Origin: Nitrospirota bacterium
Lineage (GTDB): Bacteria; Nitrospirota; UBA9217
Length of the DNA stretch: 64,000 bases
Assembly (NCBI GenBank): GCA_963840455.1
Contig: CAWIYV010000011.1
Location: 832,001-896,000, forward strand
Direction: 5' to 3'
This document shows, piece after piece, positions 29,993 to 40,443 of the stretch. The position numbers and the translations under genes were made by a program. The notes under the pieces are model-generated. The model saw only the letters and a list, made by a program, of their open reading frames with translations, had not been told where the DNA came from and did no database searches. Position 1 is the stretch's first letter. Each line of letters starts with the position of its first letter.

Positions 29993-30382
29993 TCAACGGG
30001 CGCCGATCTTCTTTTCGACAAATGCCCGCAGCGCCCGCACCATGTCCAGAGCGGCCGTGCGGTCAAGTTTCGTCTCCACGGAAATGTCTTCATAGCGCAA
30101 CAGCGTGCCGTAGGGTGTCAGCAGGTCGAGGTCGGCGAGGGAGGACGGCAAGGGGTGTCCGGCATCCGTTAAAAGGTCCATCAACAGCCGTAGATTGTGC
30201 GTGCGGGGAAAGTGAACGCTGAATTCAGAGAGCAGCGCCTTGAGGAGCTTTTCCGAGGCCTGCTGGGCATGGAATCCGAATATCTCATTGCTGATCCGCT
30301 CCCGGTCGACCACTTCGGCGAGAAGCGCCTCGTCCTCGACGGCCTTGCGGACGAACAGGAGCGCCTGTTCATGCTGCCTCAT
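29993..30382 (-). CDS. HEPN domain toxin
   Basis: FHAQQASEKLLKA, PRTHNL and RY motifs. Confidence 0.88.
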   Translation of the reverse strand: MRQHEQALLFVRKAVEDEALLAEVVDRERISNEIFGFHAQQASEKLLKALLSEFSVHFPRTHNLRLLMDLLTDAGHPLPSSLADLDLLTPYGTLLRYEDISVETKLDRTAALDMVRALRAFVEKKIGAR

Positions 30383-30686
30383 ACAGCACCTTGCCTTCGC
30401 GGAGAGCGTCAAAATACACGTTGCCGGGCGTGGTAGCCCAATACTCGAACGTAGCCTGGCTTACCACGAGGAGGTCGACGGAGATGCGGAGCGGGCTCAG
30501 AACGCGGTTCAGGCGTGCCATTTCAGCAACGCGGTCCTTGACATCGGCCTCCACGATCAGCAGATCGACGTCGCTGTCCTCGCGCGGCTCGCCCCTGCCG
30601 TAGGAACCGAACAGAATGATCTTGCGCGGACGGGCCGCGTCCGAGAGGATCCTCGCTGCCTCCGCGATCTTTTCCTGTGCGACCAT
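30369..30686 (-). CDS. Minimal nucleotidyltransferase (MNT) antitoxin
   Basis: LFGSYGRGEPREDSDVDLL. Confidence 0.9.
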   Translation of the reverse strand: MVAQEKIAEAARILSDAARPRKIILFGSYGRGEPREDSDVDLLIVEADVKDRVAEMARLNRVLSPLRISVDLLVVSQATFEYWATTPGNVYFDALREGKVLYEAA

Positions 30687-30918
30687 GCTCTCACGGCCTC
30701 CTGACCGGTACACCTTTTTGTAGCATAACGGGACGCCAAATACAAGGCGAAACCGGCAGCCACTGCGATCTAAAATCATGACACGGGGACGCGGTGACAC
30801 GGAGACGATACTTCCGACAGGGAGACGCGGTGACACGGGGACACGGTGATATGACCCCCTGAGGGTCAGTTCTTTCCTCTCGAAATTCCCCGTTTGCCCA
30901 CCTGCCTTTTTCTTGAGC

Positions 30919-31146
30919 TCAGCAGCAGGAACTGATCTCAGCGGTTATGTCTATGACCGGGATGTCTTGCAGAAATCGCTTGAGTTTCTGTTCTTCCTGC
31001 GGGGTTATGGACGGATAGGACAGGACTTCCAATTCGGTGATAAAAGAAACGGAGAATTCGCCCTCGGGCAGGGCATCGACGGGGATTTTCTTTCCAATCA
31101 GGTAGAGCAGGATATTGGTGTCGAGCAGGAACCTATTTCCACTCAC
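30919..31146 (-). pseudogene. PIN/VapC toxin, 3' truncated
   Basis: LLDTNIL and SFITELEVL present, but only 75 aa with the C-terminal acidic motifs missing. Confidence 0.7.
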
Positions 31147-31348
31147 TCCTTACTCTCCTTTGATAGCTCAACGGTTCTTCTTCGATATGCACGATCCCGG
31201 CATAGTCTCTCAATTTTTCCCTGACCATGCCGTGCTGTCCCGGCTCCAGGATCCGCTCGATCTTCGTCCATTCAGCGTAGTCGATGATGACTTCCACCGG
31301 TTTGTTGTGCTCGTCCAGCACGATCTTTTTATGGATTGTTCCGCTCAT
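31133..31348 (-). CDS. Putative antitoxin
   Basis: Short ORF (VLDEHNKPVEVII..YQRRVRSEW) overlapping the PIN gene start. Confidence 0.65.
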   Translation of the reverse strand: MSGTIHKKIVLDEHNKPVEVIIDYAEWTKIERILEPGQHGMVREKLRDYAGIVHIEEEPLSYQRRVRSEWK

Positions 31349-31708
31349 AGCAGCCGCCGAAAACCACGGTTTTTCCGCACCATTCGTTCTCAAAATGACT
31401 ATAGTACAACGAGAGGGAAAATGCAATGAGAAGTTACCGTTTTGCTCTTCGGCATTCTTCTGCGCCGCCAGACGCGGGGATGTGCAGAAGTCCCCCGAAT
31501 CTTAGACCACCTGCGGGTCAGGGCCATACGGAAGATCATTCCTTTGCTTTTTCCAGCCGATCCAGCAGTGACCTCATAGGGTCGGACTTAAAGATTGAAT
31601 TACTTCCCAGCGCCCAGTTGGGGGTCAACTCTTTACCGTTGACATTCCCCGCTGTTTCGCTTCTGCTGTGCCCATTCTTCCCCGCTCCCGCCTGCACGAC
31701 CCCGCGCT

Positions 31709-32482
31709 CTATTTAAGCACATCGACCTGAACATTCCCATAGGGATTTTCATCGGCATCGAGCCTATATCCCATGCAGGACGGCATGGGCGTTGCCCCGT
31801 CATTGGCAAATATGCCCCACCGCGCGAAAAAGGCGTCGACAACGGCTCCGGTGAAAACAGCCGGGGCCAGGAAAAGATCTGCATTGCTGGGCTTGACGTG
31901 GAAGTGGATATGGCTTCCGATCCCCGCGTTCGGAGGCAGGTACATGTACGCAATGATGTCGCCTTTCGTGACGCGCTGCCCCCGGGAGACAAGGATGAAC
32001 TGCTTGTAGAAATCCGTCGACGGTTCGGGGATCATCGGTTCGATGCTATAGGAGAAGCGATAGACCGTTGAGCCTTCCCGGGCATAGGCGATATCGATGC
32101 CGTACCGGTCATTCGACCCGACCGGAAAGTTATAATCGATCCTGTCGATGTAGCCGTCCGCCACGGCGTAGATGGCGGGATAATTGGACGGCGCCGTTCC
32201 GCCCGTTGGCCAGACGTTCGAGGTATTGTCCCAGTGAACGTGCGCCCCCTGATGGGGTGTGTTCGACCGCCGTCCCTTGAACGGATGCCCGGCGTCGACA
32301 TACTGGACGTCTACAAGGAACCGGTCCGAGCGGTTCGCCTGGACCTGCGCGCGGGTGGGCAGGCCCGGGTAGGGATCGACCGCGCCGCCGCCTGATCCGC
32401 CCCCTCCGCATCCCGGGGACAGGACGAAGGTAAGGGTAATGGCGATGAGGAACCCTATGGGGTCAGGTCTCTTTTGTTGCAT
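31709..32482 (-). CDS. M23 peptidase-like putative lipoprotein (start uncertain)
   Basis: Lipobox-like SPG-C, IYAVADG, GQRVTKGDIIA and HIHF. Confidence 0.65.
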   Translation of the reverse strand: MQQKRPDPIGFLIAITLTFVLSPGCGGGGSGGGAVDPYPGLPTRAQVQANRSDRFLVDVQYVDAGHPFKGRRSNTPHQGAHVHWDNTSNVWPTGGTAPSNYPAIYAVADGYIDRIDYNFPVGSNDRYGIDIAYAREGSTVYRFSYSIEPMIPEPSTDFYKQFILVSRGQRVTKGDIIAYMYLPPNAGIGSHIHFHVKPSNADLFLAPAVFTGAVVDAFFARWGIFANDGATPMPSCMGYRLDADENPYGNVQVDVLK

Positions 32483-32626
32483 TTCCCTCTTCCCCGCACC
32501 TTCGGACGCGGTCCCCTCCCCCTACGAACCTCTCGGGGTCCGGTCGATGCTGGCTCCCATTATTGATCCATGTACCCCGCACCCTGTTTCTTTCCTTCAG
32601 TGTGCCTCATCAACCAGAGCAGCCGC

Positions 32627-32899
32627 TCATGTGAATGCGACGGCCGGATGGAGCTGGGCTGTTTCGAAGGTGATCAGTCCCGCCTGGACGAGCGGGTCCT
32701 GGTTCACGACCTTGTCGGCTTCCTCCCTGGTCTCCGCCCTGACGACGATCATACCGCCATGGTCGCCCCACTTGCCGGCCTGCACGAGGACGCCCGCTGC
32801 GAGCTGCTGCCTGGCCCATTCCCGGTGCAAGGTGATCGCCTTGCTGATCTGCGCCCGGTCCGCGTTGGCTTTGAACTTGTTGATCGACATGAAGTACAT
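32627..32899 (-). CDS. yciI: YciI family protein, second copy
   Basis: Differs from 29475-29747 at 3 residues. Confidence 0.85.
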   Translation of the reverse strand: MYFMSINKFKANADRAQISKAITLHREWARQQLAAGVLVQAGKWGDHGGMIVVRAETREEADKVVNQDPLVQAGLITFETAQLHPAVAFT

Positions 32900-33199
32900 G
32901 CGTGTATCCCTCTTGGGCTTAGAGGTCAGGTCCGTTTGGGGTCGGACTTCAAGACTTAAGGTTCTCTTACTCTGACCAACTCTTTAAGATGAAGGACTGA
33001 ATACGCTCGGGAACAGGTCTTTCATTTCGACATTGAAGCCCCAGGCAGCTGCTGCAGGAAATCTTCGATCCTCGAGGTCGCACTAATTTCAGGTCCTAAT
33101 GGCTCGTCTTACTCCGGATCAACCTGGCGGGGACGCGCTCGGTCCTGGATTCTCCTTCTCCCGCTCGTCCGATACGCGGCCTTGTTCTCACTGATATAT

Positions 33200-33640
33200 C
33201 GATCTTTCGCTTCGGCTTATCCGGCACCACCAGAGCTGCCGGATTGCGGCAATGATATCCTGAATCGCTGCATCATGCCCTCCGACCTTTTGCTCCAGTT
33301 CGCCCAGTTTATGCGCCAATTCCCTGCTGGTAGCCAGCAAATCACGAAGTCGCACAAACGTTCTGACGACGTCAATGTTCTCACGTCAGCGGCCCGGTGC
33401 GAGTTCAACTACGACCTGCTTGTCCTCAACGTGTCCGGCATCAGAAGAACCCTGAGGCCAGGTCTTTTCGGGCTGTTGCCCGAACGGATTCGATCTTCCG
33501 GGGTCAGGCTGGAATCCTGGAATGCTATCTCTCCACCGCCCGCTGCCACGCGAACTTGATGTTCCAAAATGGCACTTCAAGTTGTCGAACTCATCTCTTG
33601 CGTGCTCAACCATAAATCATCGGGAACCGCGCATATTCAT
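33200..33640 (-). pseudogene. ORF6N-domain protein remnant
   Basis: Fragments DEFDNLKCHFGTSS and NIDVVRTFVRLRDLLATSRELAHKLGELEQK separated by unrelated sequence. Confidence 0.6.
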
Positions 33641-33662
33641 CTTCCCGCCCGATCACTGCCGA

Positions 33663-34064
33663 TCAGGCGCTCCAGTCGACAACTTTAAGGTCCTTTATCT
33701 GCTTAAACTCTTTGGTATTATTGGTGACGAGGGCCGCGCCGAGCGCGAGGGCGTGGGCGCCGATCAGCATATCCATGGACCCGATCGGTTTCCCCGCTTT
33801 TTCAAGATCGGCCCGGACCGCTCCATACGCCGCAGCCGACTTTTCATTGAAGTCCTCTATCTCGAGGGGCAGGATGAACTCATCGAGGGCCTGACGGTTC
33901 TTCTCGACGTGCTGGCTCTTCGATACGCCGTACCGAAGCTCGGCAAGGGTTATGGAGGAAATGCCGATATCACCGACCGCATGGGACTTGAAATGCTTGA
34001 GCACTTTGGGAGGCTTTTGCTTGATGAGGTAAATGCAGATGTTCGTATCCAGCATATACTTCAT
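33663..34064 (-). CDS. vapC: VapC PIN toxin
   Basis: YMLDTNICI, GKPIGSMDMLIGAHA and LVTNNTKEF. Confidence 0.93.
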   Translation of the reverse strand: MKYMLDTNICIYLIKQKPPKVLKHFKSHAVGDIGISSITLAELRYGVSKSQHVEKNRQALDEFILPLEIEDFNEKSAAAYGAVRADLEKAGKPIGSMDMLIGAHALALGAALVTNNTKEFKQIKDLKVVDWSA

Positions 34065-34291
34065 CAAAACCCCTCCCGCTTCTGCGCCTTCGGTTGCTTC
34101 CTCTCTGACATGAAGTCATTGGTGAATTTATCGAGGCTGTGTATCAGGGTGTCCCAGGAATTCTTTGTCGGGAGCAGCACCACGGCATTTCCGGACTTCT
34201 TGACGAACACGTGGTCGTCCTCGAACCGGAATTCCTTGGGCAGACGAACAGCCTGACTCTGGCCGTTCTGGAACAGTTTCGCGGTCTTCAT
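34064..34291 (-). CDS. vapB: VapB antitoxin (AbrB type)
   Basis: KLFQNGQSQAVRLPKEFRF. Confidence 0.93.
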   Translation of the reverse strand: MKTAKLFQNGQSQAVRLPKEFRFEDDHVFVKKSGNAVVLLPTKNSWDTLIHSLDKFTNDFMSERKQPKAQKREGF

Positions 34292-34718
34292 AATGCACCT
34301 CCTCGTAATCTATACTCATAGTATAGACTAAGCTCGGTCGGCGTGCAAGGGCTTTTTTGTGCAGCCTGAGAATCTGCAAGAATGCGGGCCAGGTCTTTAA
34401 AACGACCCATGGCAATTAAGAAGTAAGAATTATGAATTAAGAAACTCAACTTTTCGTAATCTTTCCTTTTGTATTTTTAATGATCGCTACAAATATGGCT
34501 ATCAGCTCGTCACATTCTTTCTGCAGATCAACAAGCCGCTTATCTTCAACAATCTCGCCCTATTATTTTTCTTCCTTCCTCATTCTTCCTTGCATCCCCT
34601 GCGGTGTCAGATCTTTAATGTTTATATTCCTTCAGCTTCTTCCTCTTTGCCTTCTTCCCCTTCTTCCCCTCCACCAGCGGACAAGCTGCCGGGCTTACAA
34701 GCCAGCATGCTTCGCCGG

Positions 34719-35465
34719 CTAGAGGCCGATGAGCATGCGGACCAGGCGCTTGCCCGTGGGGACCGCGAAGAGGGCGAAGTCCTTCCCTGTCGCATCCGGG
34801 CCGACATAGGTGCCGAACATCCTGTCCCAGACCGTGAAGACAAAGCCGAGGTTCTTGTTGGTCAGCCCCTTCGCCCCGTGGTGGATCCGGTGATAGTTCG
34901 GCGTGATCAGGACCTTTTCCAGGGGTCCGAGGTCCACCCAGATGTTCGCATGGATCCAGATGTTGACCACGACGCCGAAGGAGAACGCCGCGCCCGCTTC
35001 TGCGACCGACAGGTGGAGAAGAACATAGACGATCACGATCTGGGGAACGGCGAACAGGAAGAGGTGCGTGACGCTCGTCCGCGCACCGGAGAGCCACCAG
35101 ATCTCCCCGATGGAATGGTGAAAGGAATGGGTGCGCCACAGGAAGGGCGTGTGCATCGCCCGGTGGACCCAGTAGAGACCGCAGTCGACCAGGACGATCG
35201 CGAACAGTATCTTCGCAGGGCCTGGAAGGCTCCGGAGGCGGTCCACCGACAGCGCGGCATCCAGGTCGAGCGCGGCGCACCCGGCCAGGACCAGCCGCTT
35301 CGACAGCTCCCCCGCCACGATGACCACGAGGATCGCCGCGATATTGAGCCCGAGCTCGCTGCGCCGGTCCACGGAGAAGCCCGGACGGCGCCGCTCCAGA
35401 CGATCGACGATGAACACAACGAGCATGAGGGTGACGCCTTGGTAGAGTTGCTCCGGCTGGACCAT
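34719..35465 (-). CDS. Sterol desaturase / fatty acid hydroxylase family protein
   Basis: His boxes YWVHRAMH, HSFHHS, HAN and HRIHH. Confidence 0.88.
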   Translation of the reverse strand: MVQPEQLYQGVTLMLVVFIVDRLERRRPGFSVDRRSELGLNIAAILVVIVAGELSKRLVLAGCAALDLDAALSVDRLRSLPGPAKILFAIVLVDCGLYWVHRAMHTPFLWRTHSFHHSIGEIWWLSGARTSVTHLFLFAVPQIVIVYVLLHLSVAEAGAAFSFGVVVNIWIHANIWVDLGPLEKVLITPNYHRIHHGAKGLTNKNLGFVFTVWDRMFGTYVGPDATGKDFALFAVPTGKRLVRMLIGL

Positions 35466-35782
35466 GGCTCTCCTGTTCTCCCCGCAGATACGTTGGAGGC
35501 GGGGGTATCTGCAGAGCATTTATGAAGTGCACCCCCGCAGCGTCAGTTCTACTTTCTTGTCATCGTGTCCTGCTTGCAGTGCATTTCTGGGAGGTCGAAG
35601 GATGGGATTGGGAAGAACGGGCAGAGCCTCCCGACAAATCGAGAGTACTATAACCGCCTTCTGTTTGCAAGGACTTCGATGGATAACAGAGCTTTCTGAT
35701 ATACTCTAAGAAGGAAGACACCTGCCGGGTGTGGTACAAGGCCAGAAAAGCAATTATATCCATATTTGTTGAAGGAGGCATT

Positions 35783-36634
35783 ATGTTAAAGCGTATCCTG
35801 GGAATTCTGCTGCTGGTCGTGTGCGTAAGCCCGCTGGCTCCGGTCCTGGCGGCCAGCGATCCCAACGATGCCGAGGGCAGCAAGGACCCGGCCCTGTTCA
35901 GCCGCATGCCCGGGTTTCACATCTATAACTACAAGGAGATTGATTTCGATCGCTTCGAATTTGAGGTCGGACCCCGCAAGACGCAGGCGATCGAGGGCCG
36001 GCATGTTTATGTCGATTACTATGCCAACGAGGGCATCAAAGTTCCCAGCGGCCTGCAGATCACCCGGAATTACATCAATGCCGCCAAGGCTGTGGGAGGA
36101 ACATCGGTCTATGAGTTCGAGGACGGCGGCGTTCAGTATGTCACGCTGAAGGTCGTCAAGAACAATGTCGAGGCCTGGGCCAGGGTCGAAGGGTCCGGGA
36201 ACGGGACGTACAAGGTCCACATCATCGAAAAGCAGCTTATGAAGCAGGAGGTGGTGGCCAATGCCGAAAGCCTGGCGGGCAGCATCCGGGAGACCGGCAA
36301 GGCCGCTGTCTATGGCATCTATTTCGACACCGGCAAGGCCGAGATCAAGCCGGAGTCGGAGGCGGCCCTGGCTGAGATCGCCAAGCTGCTCAAGGCCGAT
36401 CCCAAGCTGAAGCTCTATGTGGTCGGCCACACCGACAACGTCGGCCTCTTTGGCTCCAATATCAAGCTTTCCGATGACCGGGCAGCTGCGGTCGTCAAGG
36501 CCCTGGTCGGCAAATACGGCATCGTCTCCTCCCGCCTTACGCCCTTCGGCGACGGCCCCACGGCGCCGGTGGCCTCCAACAAGAGCGAGGAAGGACGGGC
36601 CAAGAACCGCCGGGTGGAGCTGGTGGCACAGTAA
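35783..36634 (+). CDS. OmpA family protein with signal peptide
   Basis: IYFDTGKA, VGHTDNVG, LSDDRA and NRRVEL. Confidence 0.9.
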   Translation: MLKRILGILLLVVCVSPLAPVLAASDPNDAEGSKDPALFSRMPGFHIYNYKEIDFDRFEFEVGPRKTQAIEGRHVYVDYYANEGIKVPSGLQITRNYINAAKAVGGTSVYEFEDGGVQYVTLKVVKNNVEAWARVEGSGNGTYKVHIIEKQLMKQEVVANAESLAGSIRETGKAAVYGIYFDTGKAEIKPESEAALAEIAKLLKADPKLKLYVVGHTDNVGLFGSNIKLSDDRAAAVVKALVGKYGIVSSRLTPFGDGPTAPVASNKSEEGRAKNRRVELVAQ

Positions 36635-38015
36635 GAAGGGCACCCCACTGAAAACACCTTTACTACATGCCCGGTCGTCCTCAGTACATTTCGGAAACTT
36701 GCCCTGTGGGCTTCGGACATCCGAAATGCTTTACCCTCGGACTCGGTCGCCTGCCTAAATTTAAGCTCCCAGGTGCAAACGGCAGTGGAGCTTCGATCCT
36801 CAAGGTTGTGTATTTATTCTAATCGCTTTCTATCCCCGGATACAGCTGCGGGGATGCGCTCGCTCCTGGATTTTCGTATGGGACTGCCTCAGCGGCAACG
36901 GCCACTGTCGCTGCTTCTGCCTTACCCAAGCGCCGGGCAGCCCGGCTGCGATGACTGTGCGTATGCATGGAACGATCACAGAACACAGGACTACCGCATG
37001 GCTAAAGCAGACACGGCCGAACTCGGTCTTTTACGGGCGAGGGGAAGTGCTGCGATCGCCACAAAATATCGTTTGCTTAAACAATCCCCACATGCTTAGC
37101 ACAGCAAGCCACCGGGTTGCCCAATAAAACCAAGGAGCCTGAACATCTGCGATGACCCGGATCTTTACGTCATGATGCCTCTGCCTTTTGTCCCCTTTCT
37201 TGCGTGCCCAAGAAAGTGACCCAAAGAAGGGCACCCGACGAAAATTCTTCACGGCATGCTCGGTCGTCCTCAGTACATTTTCGGAAACTTGCCCTACGGG
37301 CTTCGGACATCCGAAATGTTTTACCCTCGTCCTCTGTCGCCTGCCTAAATTTTCGTATGGGACTGCTCTAGGGGCAGACTCACGTCTTTCCCCTTACCCC
37401 GCACTTTCCCGGAGTGGCCCTACGCCCTGCACTCGTGATGCCGCTCGTAAACGCTGGGTGCAGGTGAAATTCTTGGGCACCCGTCTTGGCCTAAGGTAGC
37501 GTCCCCCTGGGGGCGAACGCGCATGTCCGAGGCCGCAGGCTGAGTTTGCGCGGGCGAGCGGACGTGGCCTTAGACGGGTCAAGAAATGCATTGTCGCCCT
37601 CTGCATCACACTGCGGGGGGCTCCGATCCTCAAGGAAGTTGCAATTCTAACCGCTCGCTATGCGCTCGCTCCTGGATTCAGGACACGAAGGGGTGGTGCA
37701 AAAAAGAGCTCAAGATACAAGCTCTTTGTCACCTTTCTTGCGTGCCCAAGAAAGTGACCCAAAGAAGGGCACCCCACTGAAAACACCTTTGCTACAGGCT
37801 CGGTCGTCCTCGGTACATTTCGGAAACTCGCCCTGTGGGCTCAGACATCCGAAATGTTTTACCCTCGTCCTCTGTCGCCTGCCTAAATTTAAGCTCCCAG
37901 GTGCAAACGGCAGTGGAGCTTCGATCCTCAAGGTTGTGTATTTATTCTAATCGTTTTCTATCCCCGGATACAGCCGCGGGGATGCGCTCGCTCCTGGATT
38001 TTCGTATGGGACTGC
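36635..38015. repeat. 1.4-kb mosaic of REP/MITE-like repeats, including a direct repeat of about 250 bp (36635-36890 / 37765-38015)
   Basis: Same blocks as 3170-3975 and 50060-50655. Confidence 0.85.
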
Positions 38016-38043
38016 TCAGCCAACTGCTAACTGCTTTTGGATC

Positions 38044-38505
38044 CTAAATTCTTGACGCTATTATTTTCCCGAGCGCTTTCAGTTGTTCCATGGTTAAAAA
38101 GGGCATGACATCCTTGCTATTTATATATGCTGTCAGTTCGACGTATAATTTGTCCTTTTTAAAGGAAAGCATATAGGGAGTGGCGACGTTGGGGCCGTAA
38201 TACGCATCTTCTCCAATTCCCTGGACTTCCCCTTTTATCTGCCCTAATTTTGTCGCTTCAGCCTTGTTATAGAAGGAAGGGCTATTAAACCGCGCCAAAA
38301 GAATAACTTTCCCGTCCTTGTTCTTGAATTGCAGAGACCCGGCCGAACCTTGTTGCGTGCTCTTCGATAACTTCACCTCTTTAAACCTGGTAACTTTTTC
38401 GATGTCGGCTGTCGATAAATATTTATCAAATGTTTCCGCCTGCGCAGCCGTACAAAAACACAGGATGAACATCACCGATAAGGAAAGAAATGACCTGCTG
38501 TTCAT
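38044..38505 (-). CDS. Hypothetical secreted protein
   Basis: Signal peptide ending AQA; AAGGAGG RBS. Confidence 0.75.
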   Translation of the reverse strand: MNSRSFLSLSVMFILCFCTAAQAETFDKYLSTADIEKVTRFKEVKLSKSTQQGSAGSLQFKNKDGKVILLARFNSPSFYNKAEATKLGQIKGEVQGIGEDAYYGPNVATPYMLSFKKDKLYVELTAYINSKDVMPFLTMEQLKALGKIIASRI

Positions 38506-38583
38506 TGTATGACCTCCTTTGAAAATAAATATGGCCCGTTTAGGGTTCAGTTCTTTCTTTTTGACATTCCCCCTCCGCCTTTG

Positions 38584-39426
38584 CTACCGCCCGAAGACAT
38601 CCGAGATCTTTGTTATGCTCGGATCATGCGCATGGATGACCCAGGCCGCTCCAAAGGCGATCGCCAGCACGACGAGAAAAGGTATGTACGTATCCTTGAA
38701 CACGCTCCCCATCCAGTCAGGCTTGTTCATCTTCCGGTAGCTCCTGATCAGGCTGGTCCCGAGCAGGAAATCGAATGCCGCCTCGGACAGGATATGCGGC
38801 GCGATAGAGATAAGGTAGATCGCTCCGCCGACCGTTGCCGCCAGCAGGATACCGAGGGCGATCAGGATGATGCCGTCGTCATCGAAGATACCGGACACGG
38901 CATCGCCCACCGAGCTCAGCGCGCCGGACGATGATCCTGCGTCTGCTGGAGGAGGCACGACCATTGCCTGGCTATTCGCCGCCGTGCCATCGAACGCTGC
39001 TGATGCTCCGCCGCCTCCGGAACCGCCGCCTCCGCCGCTGAAGGTAGGCGCTGACCCGCCGGAACCGGAGCCCCCGGAGAAGCTCGGGAGGTCAGGCAGC
39101 ACGTCGCCCGCGGAATCCAGCCCCTTGAGCGGCTGCGACGCGGCCACGTACTTGAGCCACAGCTTCACGAAGAGAAAGAACGCCAGATAGGCGAAGACGA
39201 CCGCCAGCGGATAGCGGACCATGATGCTGTCCACGTGAAGGAGCAGCAGGACCTTCGCGGTCAATACGCCGGACAATGCCGTCGCCAGGAGGATCAGGGA
39301 CATATGGAACCGCAGGAAGAACCGCTCCTGGACCCTCCGCATGAACGTCTTGCGCACCCGGCCGACAGGGTCTTCCTGTTGGACCGGTTTCCGGGGAACC
39401 TTAAGGTCAGATCGTTCTCCGTGCAT
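38584..39426 (-). CDS. Hypothetical membrane protein with a Gly/Ser-rich linker (start uncertain)
   Basis: Several hydrophobic segments; FSGGGGGSGGGGAS. Confidence 0.75.
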   Translation of the reverse strand: MHGERSDLKVPRKPVQQEDPVGRVRKTFMRRVQERFFLRFHMSLILLATALSGVLTAKVLLLLHVDSIMVRYPLAVVFAYLAFFLFVKLWLKYVAASQPLKGLDSAGDVLPDLPSFSGGSGSGGSAPTFSGGGGGSGGGGASAAFDGTAANSQAMVVPPPADAGSSSGALSSVGDAVSGIFDDDGIILIALGILLAATVGGAIYLISIAPHILSEAAFDFLLGTSLIRSYRKMNKPDWMGSVFKDTYIPFLVVLAIAFGAAWVIHAHDPSITKISDVFGR

Positions 39427-39486
39427 TTAGGGAACCCTTAGGGTCAGGTCAAAAGAAACCAGCGAACAAGCCCGGCTCTCTCTCAA

Positions 39487-39603
39487 TTGAAGCTCCCTGC
39501 AGCAAGCTGCAGGGAATCTTCGATCCTCAAGGTAGTACTATTTATTCTCATCGCTCGCTAACCCCGCAGCAAGCTGCGGGGAATGCGCTCGCTCCTGGAT
39601 TCA
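39487..39603 (+). repeat. Repeat family A, full 117-bp double-palindrome copy
   Basis: CCCTGCAGCAAGCTGCAGGG and CCCCGCAGCAAGCTGCGGGG hairpins. Confidence 0.88.
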
Positions 39604-39621
39604 TGGCATCCGGACCGGGTC

Positions 39622-39855
39622 TCATCGGCTTGGCCCGGGTACCGGCAGCCCGACGCTCAACTCCCTGATCAGGTCATCCAGGACGCGCGGCAATTTCATC
39701 ACGAGCTGGAGCCGCAGCTCGTCGCTGAGCATGAGCCTGTGATTCACCCGGGTCCCCACTGTCGGGGCTCCGTTGCAGGTGCCGGCCGCGACCTCGATCG
39801 TGATCGCGCCCAGTGTCTTCATGTCGGGGACATCTTCTTCGTTATCGTATTCCAT
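39622..39855 (-). CDS. Hypothetical protein
   Basis: 77 aa, GGAGG RBS. Confidence 0.5.
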   Translation of the reverse strand: MEYDNEEDVPDMKTLGAITIEVAAGTCNGAPTVGTRVNHRLMLSDELRLQLVMKLPRVLDDLIRELSVGLPVPGPSR

Positions 39856-39909
39856 GGTCCCTCCGCGATACACGGGTCGCGCCGCTGTTCGCCGGGTTTC
39901 CTTGCCGGC

Positions 39910-40443
39910 TCAGCCATACTTCAGCATGACCTCGATGTTCTTTATCTGGGCCTCTGCGCGTTCCCAGATCACCCTGATCGAATCCCCGGAAATGCTCTTC
40001 CAATGAGCCCCCGTGGATTTATATACGTGGGTCTCGGTTGGCAGATCGTATTTTTTCACAAGAGGATCGAGTTCCTGTGTCACATAGATCCGTCCCTTCG
40101 GGATGAACTCAAAACCGGACAAATGGCTGCGGGACCGGCAGAGGAGCAGGCCATCCCGGGAGATGGTCACCAGGCTCGCGTAGGCCGAGACCAGTTCGCG
40201 CTCCGCCTTTGAGGCTGTCTTGTCCTTCAAAGCCGTTATTCCCGCAGTCAGTCGCTGCAGGACCGCATCAGGAAGGCCGCAGGGATCTCCGGATCTGAGC
40301 GCGGCCTTCAGGTCCCGGCTCGCCCAGTCCAGCTCGGCAAATTTTCCCTTGTCCAGGCCCGGCTCCGCTGTACAGCCCAAAGCGAACAGCAGGAGTGCAG
40401 AGAACAGGATGATGACGGAACGTTGTGAGGTCACGGTATTCAT
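39910..40443 (-). CDS. Putative lipoprotein
   Basis: Hydrophobic N-terminus with ALG-C lipobox. Confidence 0.65.
   Translation of the reverse strand: MNTVTSQRSVIILFSALLLFALGCTAEPGLDKGKFAELDWASRDLKAALRSGDPCGLPDAVLQRLTAGITALKDKTASKAERELVSAYASLVTISRDGLLLCRSRSHLSGFEFIPKGRIYVTQELDPLVKKYDLPTETHVYKSTGAHWKSISGDSIRVIWERAEAQIKNIEVMLKYG

Noticed and set aside
36635-38015. CRISPR array
   Set aside because: The repeats are long, irregular and nested, with no constant repeat-spacer period and no cas genes.
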